64,000 nt of DNA from an uncultured delta proteobacterium (GCA_963803435.1 CAWDML010000007.1:128001-192000), one strand, 5' to 3'. Positions 18,091 through 29,700 are shown, counted from the first letter of the stretch. A program made the numbers and translations. Notes: generated from the sequence alone by a model not told the origin.

Positions 18091-19032
18091 GTGGCCAGAC
18101 GGAAGGACGAAAACGACGTCGTCGACTCACTGAAGAAGGGATTCAGCGCCCTCTTCAAGGACGGCCGCTCGGCCGAGTCCAAGCTCATCGAGAAGCGCGA
18201 TCGCAAGCGGCGCAACTTCTACAACCACCGGCGCGCCTATGCGGTCGTGATCGGCGGCCTGGCGATCCTCAACCTCCTCTTCGCGATCTGGACCGGCTTC
18301 ACGTTCCCCTTCGTGGCGATCCCCGCGCTCTTCTGGGGGATGGGCTTCGCGCTGCACGGCCTCAGCTACCGCGCCTGGATGAACGAGAACGAGCGAGAGA
18401 TCATCGCCGCCGAGCGCAAGCTGGGGAAGCTCCCCGCTGGCCGCACCCAGAAGCAGCTCGCGCCTCCGAAGGACGTGCCGGTGATCGAGGGCGTCGCGAT
18501 CCTCGACGACGAATGGCGCGCGATCCTCGCCAAGGCCAAGGTGGCGATCGCCCATGCGGTCGAGGCGCTCGGCGAGGTGGAGCACCGGAGCGCCGGTAGC
18601 GAGGAGCTCCAGCGTCAGCTCTCCGACGGGATGTCGAACATCGAGCGGCTGGCCGCGGGCGCAGAGCGGATCACCGAGGCCCTCGACGAGATCGCACCCG
18701 ACGGCGGCGCACAGCTCGAAGAGGAGCTCGAGAGCATCGACACCCGGATCAGCGACAGCGGCGACGACCAACTCCGCGAGGTCTATCTCGCCAACCGGAG
18801 CCTGCTGGTCGCGCGGAAGAAGAAGCTCGAGGCGTTACAGGGCGAGCGCACCCGCATGAAGGCGAACGCCGAGGGCTTCCTGATCGCCGCCGAGAACGTC
18901 CGCCTCGACGTCGCTGGCCTCGGCTCCATCGAAGGCTCGCGCGCTGGCGCCCTGGTGGAGCCCGTCCGCCGCCTCACGGAGGAGGTCGAGATCCTCCGCA
19001 AGGTCGAAGCCGAGCTGAAGCAGTTCGGTTAG
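18091..19032 (+). CDS. 2TM-domain protein with C-terminal coiled coil
   Basis: FYNH..AY...LNL...PALFWGMGFALH pattern followed by a helical domain. Confidence 0.65.
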   Translation: MARRKDENDVVDSLKKGFSALFKDGRSAESKLIEKRDRKRRNFYNHRRAYAVVIGGLAILNLLFAIWTGFTFPFVAIPALFWGMGFALHGLSYRAWMNENEREIIAAERKLGKLPAGRTQKQLAPPKDVPVIEGVAILDDEWRAILAKAKVAIAHAVEALGEVEHRSAGSEELQRQLSDGMSNIERLAAGAERITEALDEIAPDGGAQLEEELESIDTRISDSGDDQLREVYLANRSLLVARKKKLEALQGERTRMKANAEGFLIAAENVRLDVAGLGSIEGSRAGALVEPVRRLTEEVEILRKVEAELKQFG

Positions 19033-19069
19033 CCTTGGTCACGTAACGGCGAAGCAGGTTCGCCTCAGC

Positions 19070-20341
19070 TCAAGGAGGGCAGCCGGTGGGGTCGAAGCCG
19101 TCGTCGACGTCGCTGAAGGAGAGGCCCAGGCCGATCCCGAGGAGGTCGCCTTCGATGCGCGCGGTGATGTTCCAGTCGGCGGTCAGGTGCGAGCTCCCGC
19201 AGTCGTGGATCTCGAACGCGTGCTGGACCTCCTTCGTGATCATGCCTGCGACCGGCATTCGCGAGCCGTCGTGGCCGACCGCCTCCACGTTCGTGAGCTC
19301 GAAGCGGACCGAGCGCCACTTGCCCGCGGATACGGTCACGTTCGAGGCGATCGGGACCGGCAGCAGCGCGCCCCCGCGAATCGCCCGCAGTGGATCGATG
19401 CTGGTGCGGGTTCTGGACACCAGCGACGAGGAGGGACCGCTCTTGAGGTAGAGCGCGAGGTCGAACTCGATCTCGACGATGTTGTCGAGGTCGACGTCGA
19501 CCTGAAGATCCGTCTGGGGCTCGGGCGCGTTGCAGACCACGACGTCGTTGAGCGCGCCGCTCGACCGGAACCCCACCTTCAGCCGGCGGACACCGCAGAC
19601 GCCGAGGGCGGCGTGCTCGACGGAGTTGTCGCCGAGACCGCCGGCCTCGCGCTCCGAGATGAACTCGTACTGATCGTCGTAGAAGCGGAACCGCGCCGGT
19701 CGCTCGTTGTCCTCGATGTCGACCAAGTCCGCACGCGACACGCACTTGTTCTGGTCGAAGTCGAAGACGAACCAGGCGCCGCCCGCATCGTCGTCCGGAT
19801 CGTCGACGTTGCCGTCCATGTCCAGGTCGATCGTGTTCTCAGCCTTGATCGCGAGGTTCCCCAGCGCGCGCCGATTGCTCGCGCCTCCGCAACCGCGGCC
19901 CGGACCGCCGTGACGCTCGCTCGGCGTCCCGAGATCGAAGTCGCCTCCCGTCGGATGCGAGCTGTCGAATGCGATCGCGCGACCGGGTGCGAAGGTGTTT
20001 CGATCGAGCGCGCTCATCGTGATGCCAGCATCCTCGTACGCGAGCGACACGTCGGCGCCCGCCGGAATGTGCACTCCGAACGCGTCACGATCGAACGTCA
20101 TGGTGTCGCAGAACGTTGGCTGGATGGCGCCATGAAGGAGGGTCATGCTGAGCTGACCGAAGCCGAGCTGTTGCCCCGGCTGACGTCGCTGGTTTTGACC
20201 CCGAAAGAGCGATTGGGATCCATGTCGCGCCGACGACTTCGAGAACGAAGCCAACTGGGACGTGTCTTCGTCGGGTTGATCGACCGAGCACGACAGGAGG
20301 AGGATCGAGGCGAGCACGCTGGCGATGCCGGGGAATCGCAT
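19070..20341 (-). CDS. Hypothetical lipoprotein
   Basis: Lipobox LLSC; codon usage typical of the window; acidic DDPDDD motif. Confidence 0.6.
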   Translation of the reverse strand: MRFPGIASVLASILLLSCSVDQPDEDTSQLASFSKSSARHGSQSLFRGQNQRRQPGQQLGFGQLSMTLLHGAIQPTFCDTMTFDRDAFGVHIPAGADVSLAYEDAGITMSALDRNTFAPGRAIAFDSSHPTGGDFDLGTPSERHGGPGRGCGGASNRRALGNLAIKAENTIDLDMDGNVDDPDDDAGGAWFVFDFDQNKCVSRADLVDIEDNERPARFRFYDDQYEFISEREAGGLGDNSVEHAALGVCGVRRLKVGFRSSGALNDVVVCNAPEPQTDLQVDVDLDNIVEIEFDLALYLKSGPSSSLVSRTRTSIDPLRAIRGGALLPVPIASNVTVSAGKWRSVRFELTNVEAVGHDGSRMPVAGMITKEVQHAFEIHDCGSSHLTADWNITARIEGDLLGIGLGLSFSDVDDGFDPTGCPP

Positions 20342-20408
20342 TGGTCCAAGGTAGCTCCACCAACCCTGTGGCATTCAATGTTTCAAGCCCCGCCGGGGGA
20401 CACATCGC

Positions 20409-22487
20409 ATGAGCCCAAGTAGACCTAGCGACCACCGCGACGGCCCGGCACCCATCGGTCGACATCGGCTCGAGCGACAGCTCCACGTGTCGTCTCGGTT
20501 CGAGTACTGGCTCGAGCGTGATCACCGCTTCGTCGTCCTGCGGATGCTCCCCGAGCTCGCGCAAGATGAAGAGACCCGCGCATGCGCGCTCGAGGCCCTC
20601 CAGCGACGGATGGCGATCGTGCATCCGCGCATCCCTCGGCTCGTCGAGATCATCGAGTCGCCGCTGGCAGCGGTGTGTGAGTACGTCCCAGGACGCTCGG
20701 CCGAAGTGATCGCCCACGCGTCGAAGACACCGATGCCGGCCGCCGTCGCCGCCCGAATCGTCGAGCAGATCGCCCGCACGCTCCACCAGGCCCGCATTCC
20801 TCCCCGCTGGTGCAGCCGGGCGGGTCTCGACCCGAACAGCATCGTGATCGATCCGCTGGGCGCCCCCCACCTGCTGCTGGCGCCCGTCTTCGACGTGTTG
20901 CCGGCCAGTAGCGGGACCGGGCTCGGCGCCCGGGCGATCGCCGACCTGCCTCCGGAGGCGGTGCGCGGGATGCCGCTCCTCCCGCAGAGCACCGTCTTCG
21001 CGCTGGGCGTGCTCCTCTATCAGCTCACGGTGGGCCGCCATCCGTTTCGTCGGCAGGAGAGCATGCTCGAGACGCTCCAGCGCATCATCGAGTCCGACTA
21101 CGATCCGATCCCGAGCGACCTGGACGTCCCGACGACGCTCGCGACCGTGCTCACGCGCACCCTCGAGGTGGGTCCGGAGGCGCGCTACCTCCACGCGGGC
21201 GAGCTCGCGGACGTGCTCGCGCGAGTGCTCCCACCTCAGCTCGACGAGCGCGCGATCCTCGACGTCGCCGTCGAGCGTTGTCCCGAGCTGGCCGGCCTCG
21301 CCGAGGCACTGCGCGACACCGAGCCGACCGAGCCCGCGCTCGATCGGCGCCCCTCCAATCTGCTGGCGCAGATCGAGGCCGAGCCCGACGTGTCGGAGCC
21401 CTACCTGGTGTATGCAGACTGGCTCCAGGCGAACGGGCTCCCGCGAGGCGAGCTGATCGTGCTCCAGCACCAGCAGCTCGACGCACCGGTGGAGCGCAAG
21501 CGTGTGCTGAAGGAGGCCGAGGCCCAGCTCCTCCTCGAGCATCCGGAGCTGGCGGGGGAGCTCACCCCACTGCTGGATGGCCCGCTCCCGCACCGGGCCG
21601 CGGCCTTTCGCGCCGGTCCACACTTCGTCGGCGATCTGAGCCGCGGCCCGTTCGCCGTGGAGTGGTTCCTGGGCTTCGTGCGGAGCCTTCGCATCGGCGT
21701 TGGCGAGGACACGCCTGACTTCGCCGAGCTCGAGGGCGTCGTTCGCCGGCTGGACGCGCACGAGGGGACGCGGTTCATCCGGCACCTCACGCTGGGATCG
21801 ATCGATCTGACGCCCACCCGGCGCTCGAGCTGGATGGAGCTGGGCTACGCTGCGCTCGCGGGCTCGCGCCTGGCGCTCGACTCGCTGTACGTCGGCGACC
21901 TCGCGTCGGCTTCGCCCCGAATGGAGCACCACGGCACTGCGAACATCTCCTCGGCGTTCCCGTCGCTGAAGCAGCTCGCGATCCGCGGGAGCAACATCCA
22001 CCTGGGGCGGCTTCTCCTGCCGGAGCTTCGGGAGCTTCGTATCTACGCCGCGGGTCTGACGGCGGATACGATCAACCATGTCGCGAGCAGCTCCCTGCCC
22101 AAGCTCGAGTACCTAGAGCTGTGGTTTGGCGGTGCACCGGGCCGGAGCGCCTGGCCGGATCGGGTGGGCGTGCTGTTCGACGTCCGGCACCTGCCGAGCC
22201 TTCGCCGGCTGGCCCTCTCGGATCGGGAGCCGCGCGCGGTCACCGCGACGATCGCGGTGCTCTCGGAGAGCGATCTCGCGGGCCGTCTGACGATGCTGGA
22301 TCTGCAGGAGAGCGCAATGACCGATGACGCCGCCGAGATCATCCTGCGCAGCGCGGATCGATTCCCGCTGCTGGAGGAGGTTCGATTCGACGGACGCTCG
22401 ATCTCGGCCGCGCCGCGCGAGGCGCTATCGGCGCGCTACTCCTTCTCCCAGAAGGGTCGCTCGGGACCGACCAGCTCGATCGGATAG
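20409..22487 (+). CDS. Degenerate Ser/Thr-kinase-like domain + TIGR02996 domain + LRR-like repeats
   Basis: HPRIPRL, PPE, VFALGVLLYQLTVGRHPF (no HRD/DFG); IEAEPD...YLVYADWLQANGLPRGELI; PKLEYLELWFG repeats. Confidence 0.72.
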   Translation: MSPSRPSDHRDGPAPIGRHRLERQLHVSSRFEYWLERDHRFVVLRMLPELAQDEETRACALEALQRRMAIVHPRIPRLVEIIESPLAAVCEYVPGRSAEVIAHASKTPMPAAVAARIVEQIARTLHQARIPPRWCSRAGLDPNSIVIDPLGAPHLLLAPVFDVLPASSGTGLGARAIADLPPEAVRGMPLLPQSTVFALGVLLYQLTVGRHPFRRQESMLETLQRIIESDYDPIPSDLDVPTTLATVLTRTLEVGPEARYLHAGELADVLARVLPPQLDERAILDVAVERCPELAGLAEALRDTEPTEPALDRRPSNLLAQIEAEPDVSEPYLVYADWLQANGLPRGELIVLQHQQLDAPVERKRVLKEAEAQLLLEHPELAGELTPLLDGPLPHRAAAFRAGPHFVGDLSRGPFAVEWFLGFVRSLRIGVGEDTPDFAELEGVVRRLDAHEGTRFIRHLTLGSIDLTPTRRSSWMELGYAALAGSRLALDSLYVGDLASASPRMEHHGTANISSAFPSLKQLAIRGSNIHLGRLLLPELRELRIYAAGLTADTINHVASSSLPKLEYLELWFGGAPGRSAWPDRVGVLFDVRHLPSLRRLALSDREPRAVTATIAVLSESDLAGRLTMLDLQESAMTDDAAEIILRSADRFPLLEEVRFDGRSISAAPREALSARYSFSQKGRSGPTSSIG

Positions 22488-22900
22488 CGGCGGATCACGC
22501 TCATCGCGTGGGGTGCCTCGATGGTCACCACCAATCCGATGTGATCGGGATAGTCGTCGCCGACGCGCAGGACGAACTCGAGCGACTCCTTCTCCTTCGG
22601 CGCGCCGATCCGATCCTCATAGACGACGCTGCTGACCCCCTCGGCCTCCATCTCCACGCGGAGATACCGCGGGCCCTCTCCCTTCGAGGTGAACTGGAAG
22701 GCGAAGTCCTGCGGGCGTGGGAGCCGGCGGAGTCGGTCGGGGGTCAGACGGACCGGTCCCGCGGGGAGCTGGCCAAACACCGCGATCTCGCCGACCTCGC
22801 CCCGAGCGGGCGGCAGGGGATCCGACGGGTAGAGGAGGACGGCGCCGATCAGGGTGACCACGCCCACGGCGAAGAAGACAATGACCGCCAGCTGACGCAA
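22436..22900 (-). CDS. Hypothetical membrane-anchored protein
   Basis: N-terminal TM helix, TTG start, typical codon bias. Confidence 0.55.
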   Translation of the reverse strand: MRQLAVIVFFAVGVVTLIGAVLLYPSDPLPPARGEVGEIAVFGQLPAGPVRLTPDRLRRLPRPQDFAFQFTSKGEGPRYLRVEMEAEGVSSVVYEDRIGAPKEKESLEFVLRVGDDYPDHIGLVVTIEAPHAMSVIRRYPIELVGPERPFWEKE

Positions 22901-22983
22901 AATTGATACACCTCGGACAGGCGGATCAGACTTTCGGGCCCCGCGCTGGGGAGCTGTCTCGTAAGGGTCGAGAATCTCAGGAT

Positions 22984-23042
22984 AAAAAAAGAGCGCCGGG
23001 ACGGCCTGGAGGTTGCTCCTCCCCCAGACGGCCCCGGCGCTC
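22984..23042 (-). terminator. Intrinsic terminator on the minus strand (orphan)
   Basis: GAGCGCCGGG (22991-23000) pairs with CCCGGCGCTC (23033-23042); adjacent A7 at 22984-22990 gives a U7 tail on the minus strand. Confidence 0.75.
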
Positions 23043-23151
23043 GCGCTACACTTCTCGCTCCAGTTGCTCTCGCTCTCGCTCGATCGCTGACGACAACTCC
23101 ATACGGGGCCTTTTTCTTCCCCTCTTCCCCATTGATAGGCTGAATCCAGCC

Positions 23152-24585
23152 ATGAGGCAACTCGCGCTCCTGTTGCTCTCGTGCGCGTTCGCCTCGCCGG
23201 CCTGGGCAGAGGAGGACGGCGGCGCGACGCCTGACACGGTCAAGGGCGTCAAGATCGTCATTCCCGACGCGCGCGGCGCCAAGAGCTGGGGACGCGCCCA
23301 GCTCTCCCAATCGCTCCGGCGAACCATGACCGAGGCCGTCGGTCCCTTGATCCCCTCCCGCGACCTCGAGCGGGCCCTCAACAAGTTGAAGATCAAGCGC
23401 GCCAAGTACGAGCCGGACAACCTGGCCAAGGCCGCCAAGGAGATCGGGGCCGATTACATCCTGACCGTCATCATCACGAAGAAGGGCTGGCTCTACACCG
23501 CCCGCGCCATCCTGGTGAAGGCGGAGAACGGCGAGGTCCAGATGGACTTCCGCGCGCAGTACTTCAAGCCCGTGCAGGAGGCGGGCGACCGAGGTGAGCG
23601 CATCGGCCGGCGCACGATCGACAAGCTGGCGGAGCTGGTCCAAGGCGGGCAGGCGGTGGCGGTCGCGCCCCCGCCGCCACCGCCGTCGGATTGGGTGGTC
23701 GCGCCGCCCCCACCTCCGGACACGGAGGAGCCGCCGCCGCCCCCCGACGCGACCGAGGCGCCGCCGCCGCCGCCCCCGCCCCCGGCGTTGGCGCGACGAG
23801 AGCCGCCGCCCCCGCCGCCCAGCCAGCAGGTTGCGGTCGAGACGGAGACGACGCCGGCACGTACGGAGATCATTCGCGCGATGGTCGGCGGCGGATCGGG
23901 CCTGCTTCACACATACACGCTCTCCTCGAACGCCGTGCCGAGACCGAGGCTCTCGCACCAGCTCAGCCCGCTGTCGCTGGTGACCGCCGAGGTCGGCTTC
24001 ACGATTCCGGGGGTGCCGATCCAGATCGCGCTGGGAGGATCGTTCCGCCCCGTGCGCTACGATCTCATGCTCGGCGACGGCAACACCCCGCGCGGCGCGC
24101 TGATCGATTCGCACCTCGACCTCGGCTACGCGATCGGCATCGCGGGGCGGGGGTTCGACCAGTACCAGATCACCCCGCGCATCGGGTCGCGGCTCGGTGT
24201 CTATACGGTTGAGCAGAACCCGGGAAACTCGGTGCTCTCGGCCCGCGCAATCTCGGTGACCGGCGGCCTGGGCGCGCGGCTCCCGATCAACAGCGTCCTC
24301 GAGATCGACCTGGGCGTCGATGGAGGCGTGATCCTCTCCTACGCCGAGAGCCCTGCCACCTCCGGGGACAGCCGGCCGGGCTTCATGGTCGGAGGCGATC
24401 TGGGCGCAAACATCTGGCTGACGCCCATGATCGCCATCTCCTTCGACAATCGCTTTGCCTTCCAGAGCATCGCGTTCAGCGGCACCCCCACCCGCCAGCT
24501 CCCCATCGAGGACCAGCAGATCCAGGACGCAAAGCTCACGACCAAGGATCTTCGCAGCTCGATCGGCGTCGCCTTTAGGTATTAG
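23152..24585 (+). CDS. Outer-membrane beta-barrel protein with N-terminal periplasmic domain and Pro-rich linker (GltC-like architecture)
   Basis: Signal peptide ASPAWA, poly-Pro linker, amphipathic beta-strands ending IGVAFRY. Confidence 0.6.
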   Translation: MRQLALLLLSCAFASPAWAEEDGGATPDTVKGVKIVIPDARGAKSWGRAQLSQSLRRTMTEAVGPLIPSRDLERALNKLKIKRAKYEPDNLAKAAKEIGADYILTVIITKKGWLYTARAILVKAENGEVQMDFRAQYFKPVQEAGDRGERIGRRTIDKLAELVQGGQAVAVAPPPPPPSDWVVAPPPPPDTEEPPPPPDATEAPPPPPPPPALARREPPPPPPSQQVAVETETTPARTEIIRAMVGGGSGLLHTYTLSSNAVPRPRLSHQLSPLSLVTAEVGFTIPGVPIQIALGGSFRPVRYDLMLGDGNTPRGALIDSHLDLGYAIGIAGRGFDQYQITPRIGSRLGVYTVEQNPGNSVLSARAISVTGGLGARLPINSVLEIDLGVDGGVILSYAESPATSGDSRPGFMVGGDLGANIWLTPMIAISFDNRFAFQSIAFSGTPTRQLPIEDQQIQDAKLTTKDLRSSIGVAFRY

Positions 24586-24594
24586 GCTGTTCAA

Positions 24595-26746
24595 ATGGGC
24601 GAGACCCAGAGCGCCCTGATCGGTGCGTTCGTGACGGTCGCCGTCATGACGAGCGTCCTCCTGCGCCGTCGCAATCGGCGCACCGACGTCCTGTTCGCGG
24701 TCCTCTGCGTCACGCTGCTGCTCTGGTTCGTCGCCACCTTCCTCACCGGCTGGTCGGACGCCTGGATGCGCGCCGAGCTGGCCACCGCCGCCCTCGTCCC
24801 CGCCGCGCTGATCCGGCTCTTCGACGATCTGGTGCCGCTGAGCTCGGCCACCGGACGCAGCCTGGGCGGCGCCATCTATCCTCTTTCGGGCGTCGTCGCC
24901 GTCATCGCCATCTCACCGCTCGGCGACACGCGGCCGGTCCGCATCGGCGTCGCCGTCTATGTTGGCGTGGTCGTGCTCCTCGCTTCGAACCTGATGATCA
25001 AGTCGACGGATCTCCAGCGAGGAACCGTCGAGTACGTGCGGCGGCGCTACGTCGCGATCGGGGCCTCGCTGGTGATGATGCTGGCGATCATCGGGGAGCT
25101 GCCCTGGCTCGAGTTCAGCTTCAACGCGATGGGCCACCTCGGCGTGATGCTGTACGTGTTCTTCCTCTCGCAGGTGATCCTGCGCGACCGACTGCTGGAC
25201 CTGAACGAGTTCATCGGGCGCATGACGGTGATGGGCATCCTGGCAGTGCTCTTCGCCGCGATGTTCGCGCTCCTGATCAGCCTCGGGACCAACTTCTCGT
25301 CCCGGCTCTTCAACGCGGTCGTGGGCGTCATGATCCTGCTGACGCTCTACGAGCCGCTCAAGGTGCGGTTGGAGGCCAAGACGCTCGAGCTGTTCTTCCG
25401 CGAGCGCCACCGCTTCGTCCTGACACTCGAGGATCTGCGCCGTCGCATGCACCACGGCGTCATCGATCCCACGAAGATGGCCGCCATCGTGGTGGACACG
25501 CTGTACGACGCGCGCCGCGCCACCCACTCCGCGATCTACTTCCTCGATCCCATGCGGAACGAGCTCGCCGTGCAGACCCACCGGGGCCCCGCCCCGCCCC
25601 AGCGCGTGAACGCGGAGACCTCGCCGGTGCTGTGGCAGGCGATCCAGCAGAACCGGGCGCCTCTCCTCACCGAACGCCTCGCCGACGAGGGCGGCGAGGA
25701 GGGCGCCAAGAACCGCGATCTCATCGAGCAGATGCGCGCCGTCAGCGCCGATGTGCTGCTCCCGTTCGTCTCCGGCGAGACCGTGCTCGGGTTCCTGGCT
25801 CTCCGCGACGACAGCTCTCCCGAGCCCTACTCGACGGCCGAGATCGCGAAGCTGATGCAGATCGCGGAGACCGCCGCGACGGTGATCTGGAACTCCAAGC
25901 TCATGGAGCGGCTCCGCGAGCGCGAGCGGCTGGCGACGGTGGGCGCGATGGCGGCCGGTCTCGCCCACGAGATCCGAAACCCGCTCGGTGCGATCAAGGG
26001 CGCCGCGGAGTACCTCGACCCCGGCCGATTCCTTGAGGGCGACGAGGCCGAGTTCCTTCAGGTGATCATCGACGAGACGAACCGCCTCAACTCCGTGGTA
26101 TCCCAGTTCCTCGACTATGCGCGGCCCTTCCGCGCGCAGTTCCAGGAGATCGACGTCAACGAGGTCGTCCGCAAGACCGCCAAGCTGATCCAGGCCGAGC
26201 ACGGCGAGAGCCTCGTCGCGCTCCAGCTCGACGAGAGCGTCCCTCCGATCCGCTCCGACGGTGAGCAGCTCAAGCAGGTCGTGCTCAACCTCGCGCTCAA
26301 CGGGCTCGACGCCTCCGCCGGCCGCGAGCGACCGGTCACAATCAGTACCCGCCACGTGCCGGAGCGCAGCTGCGTCGAGCTCTCGGTGAAGGACGAGGGC
26401 CGCGGCATCCCGCCCGATGATCTCGGATCGGATCTTCATTCCGTTCTTCACCACCAAACAGCAGGGCACAGGCCTCGGCCTCGCCGTCTGCCAGCGCATC
26501 GTCCACAACCATGGTGGCAGCATCTACCCCGAGTCGAAGCTCGGCGAAGGGACACGCTTCGTCGTCGTCCTTCCGATCGAGAAGAAGGAGCACGGATCGA
26601 TCACCGGCTCGTTCGCCCGCCCCACACGCGCCGGCAGCATCAGCGGCGATCTCCCGGCGCTGGAGCCCGCCCGGGTGATGGCGCGGGTCAAGGACGAGCC
26701 CGAGCCTGCACCTGCGCTCGAGGTCGATCCGGTGAAGTCGACCTGA
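24595..26746 (+). CDS. Multi-TM GAF-containing sensor histidine kinase; frameshift at about 26426
   Basis: AHEIRNPL H-box, N-box [14 protein letters not shown], then [15 protein letters not shown] in ORF 26417..26746. Confidence 0.9.
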
Positions 26747-26768
26747 TGGCGTCCCGCCCCTGAGGAAG

Positions 26769-29700
26769 TCACACGATCGGGACGCAGCGACAGTTCACCG
26801 GATCGCAGGTCTCGTTCGGCGCGCAGCCGCCGCATTCGGCGGGACAGACACAGCCGCAGCCGTTGTTCGGATCGCAGATTTGCCGGTTGTGACAGTTGTT
26901 CGTCGCCTCGCAGTTGGGGGCGCACTGGCACTGGCACGCGGTGGCGTTGCAGATGGTGTTGTCGGGGCAGCCGCCGCAGTTGGCCGGGCAGACGCAGCCG
27001 CAACCCTGGCCGGGATCGCAGGTGGCCTTCCCCGGGCAGCCCGCGTCGCACCCGGGCGCGCAGCCGCAGGCGCACAGCGAGGAGTTGCAGGTGGTGCCGG
27101 TCGGACATCCGCCGCAGTTGGCCGGACACTGGCAGTTGCAAGCCCCGGTGTTGCACACGCGGTTGGTCCCGGCGCAGGCGCCGCCGCAGTTCCCGTCGCA
27201 CTCGCACGTGCATGTGCCCGGGTTGCAGACGGTTCCCGAGGGACAGCCGCCACAGTCGGCCGGGCACTCACAGGCGCAGGTGTTCGAGTTGCAGACCGTG
27301 TTACCGGTGCACTGGCCGTTGCAGTCCGAGGCGCAAGCACAGTTGCAATTCGCGTCGCAGGTCTGGAGCGGCCCGCAGTTCGCGGTGCACTGGCCCTGAT
27401 CGCAAGTGCAAACGCCGAGCTGCGGATCGCACATCTGGTTCGGCGCGCAGGCTCCGCCGCAGGGAGGCATCGGCGGCAGCCAGACGCGGTAACTGACGAC
27501 GACCAGGTCGTTCTGGTTGGGCCGGAAGGTGGCGCCCCGGAAGAAGACCGAGTTCGAGACCGGGTCGTAGTCGAAGCCGTTGTCCTTGTCGCGCGGCACG
27601 ACGTCCGTGCTCCCGTTCCCGCCGGTCCCGATGCGCACCACGCCGACCTTGATCGTCGAGCTGATCGGCGCGCCGGTGAGCTGGAACTGAGAGGCTGCGC
27701 CGGCCACCGCGTCGACGATCGCCTGGAGCGCGGCGCCCGGGTTGTTGACGCACGGCGAGTAGAAGGCGCCGCCGGTGGCGTTGACCACCTCGACGTAGCC
27801 GACGCCCGGTTCGTTTGCGGGGTCGCCGCCCGGGCATGCATAGCCGGTGCACTGCGTCGGGGTGGCGTTCGGCACGATCACCTGGGCGAACGCGATGCCG
27901 TTCTGGTTCTGGATCTGCGTGATGTACGGCGCCACCACGCCGTGGATGCAGGCCTGGTTCGCTGCGTTGAGGGTCACCGCGCAGATGTTGTTGTTGCCGG
28001 TGTCGTAGTAGTCGCGGATGCCGGTGTCGCAGGCGGCGCCGCCCGGATTGATGCCGCAGGCGTTCTCGGTGATCTCCTGCGCGTACTCGTCGGAGATATA
28101 GACCACCGCCATGACGGCGTCGTTGCGGAGCTTGTTCGCGACTTCGACGCCAGGAGCGCTCCGGGGAAGCGCCAGGGTGATCGCGTCGGAGGCCGCCTGC
28201 AGCCCGAACTCGCAGCCGTCCGTGTTGGCGGTGTTTTGGAGATCCTGAGCGAACGTGGTGGGATTCCGAGTGAAGCCGCTCCGCAGCGCGCCCGGCGTGG
28301 TTCCGCCGCCGGGACGGAGGCTGCTGTTGATGTGCGGGACCACGCCCATACGGAAGTCCACGCCATTGGCCGTGAGACCGTTGAAGACCGCCGTACCCGC
28401 GGTGACGATGCGGCCGCGATCGTCGTCGGTGGAGCCCGAGATGTCCGCCATCCAGATGAAGTCGGCGACAGAGGATCCGGTGGCGTCGAAGGGGTTGCAG
28501 TCCTTGCTGCGGCGCGCGCCCGCCAGCGCGAGCGCAGTCCCGTTGGTCAGATCGTTGAGCATGAGACTGCGGTTGTCCGCGATGTCGTCGTAGACGGCTG
28601 TGCGCAGCACGGCGCCCACGATCACCAACTCCTGAGGATTGGTGCGGAGCAGGATCTGGTACGTGAACACGTAGGCGGTGTCGGTCGTCCCGGTGGTGGT
28701 GGGGAGGCCGGTGAACGCGCCCGCCGCCAGGTTGGTCACCATCGCGACGAGTCGGTTGCGCACAACGCTCGGATTCGCCGCCGCGGCGGTCACCGTCACG
28801 TTGAAGATCGCCGAGACCGCGGTCTCGAAGCCGTCGTGCGACACAATCGTTCGCGGGGAGATCCGCGCCGCCAGGCCGAGCGACTGCGCAGCGGCCCCCG
28901 CGTTCAAGCGCGCGTCCAGCGCCGCCCGCTGTCCGTCGGCGGTGGCCGGGCCAGTCAAGAGCGGCATCCGCAGTACGAAGCCCGCCAGGTTGTTGGTCGG
29001 GTCGTCGAGCGCGCCCACGTCGACGTTCGAGCCGGCCGACGTCACCGTGATCGGGAGGTAGACCGCCGACTGCTCCGTCGCGAGGGTCCACGTCCCGCCG
29101 GGCGTCTGTCCGCCGACGTCGAAGCTGACGACCTTCAGGTTGTTGGTCGAGCAGATCAGGTTGATCCCGCCGCCGGTGTTGGGATCGGGATCGTTCGGGT
29201 TGGTCGGGTCCGTCCCGGTCAGGACCTCGTCGCCGTCACTGACGCCGTCGCCGTCGGTGTCGTCGTTGTTCGGGTCCGTCTCCCCCACGTCGACGCGGCC
29301 GTTCTGGTTCGCGTCCTCGGTGCCGTCGGGGATGCCGTCGCCGTCGGAGTCCGGATTGGCCGGAATCCGTCATGGTCGTAGGATCCTGGTCGGTCGGCTG
29401 GCCGGGCGGGCAGCTCGAGCCTGGAATCGGGATCTGCGTGACGCCGGCCTCTACGCCGTCGTTGATGCCGTCGCCGTCCGAGTCGTCGAGCAGCGGGCTC
29501 GTCATGTACTGGTTGATCTCGGCGCTGTCGGAGAGACCGTCGCAGTCCGTATCACTGTCGCGCGGATTGGTCTCGGTCGCCTGGGTCACGCCGTCGTGGT
29601 TCGCGTCCTCCACGCCGTCGCCGAGACCATCGCCGTCGGTGTCGGGGTTGAGCGGGTCGAGCTCACCCGGCTCGAAGATTCCGTTGCGGTTCGTGTCCTC

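Noticed and set aside
22886-23166. Both divergent genes begin MRQLA
   Set aside because: The codons differ, so there is no nucleotide inverted repeat. Typical signal-peptide starts make coincidence likely.
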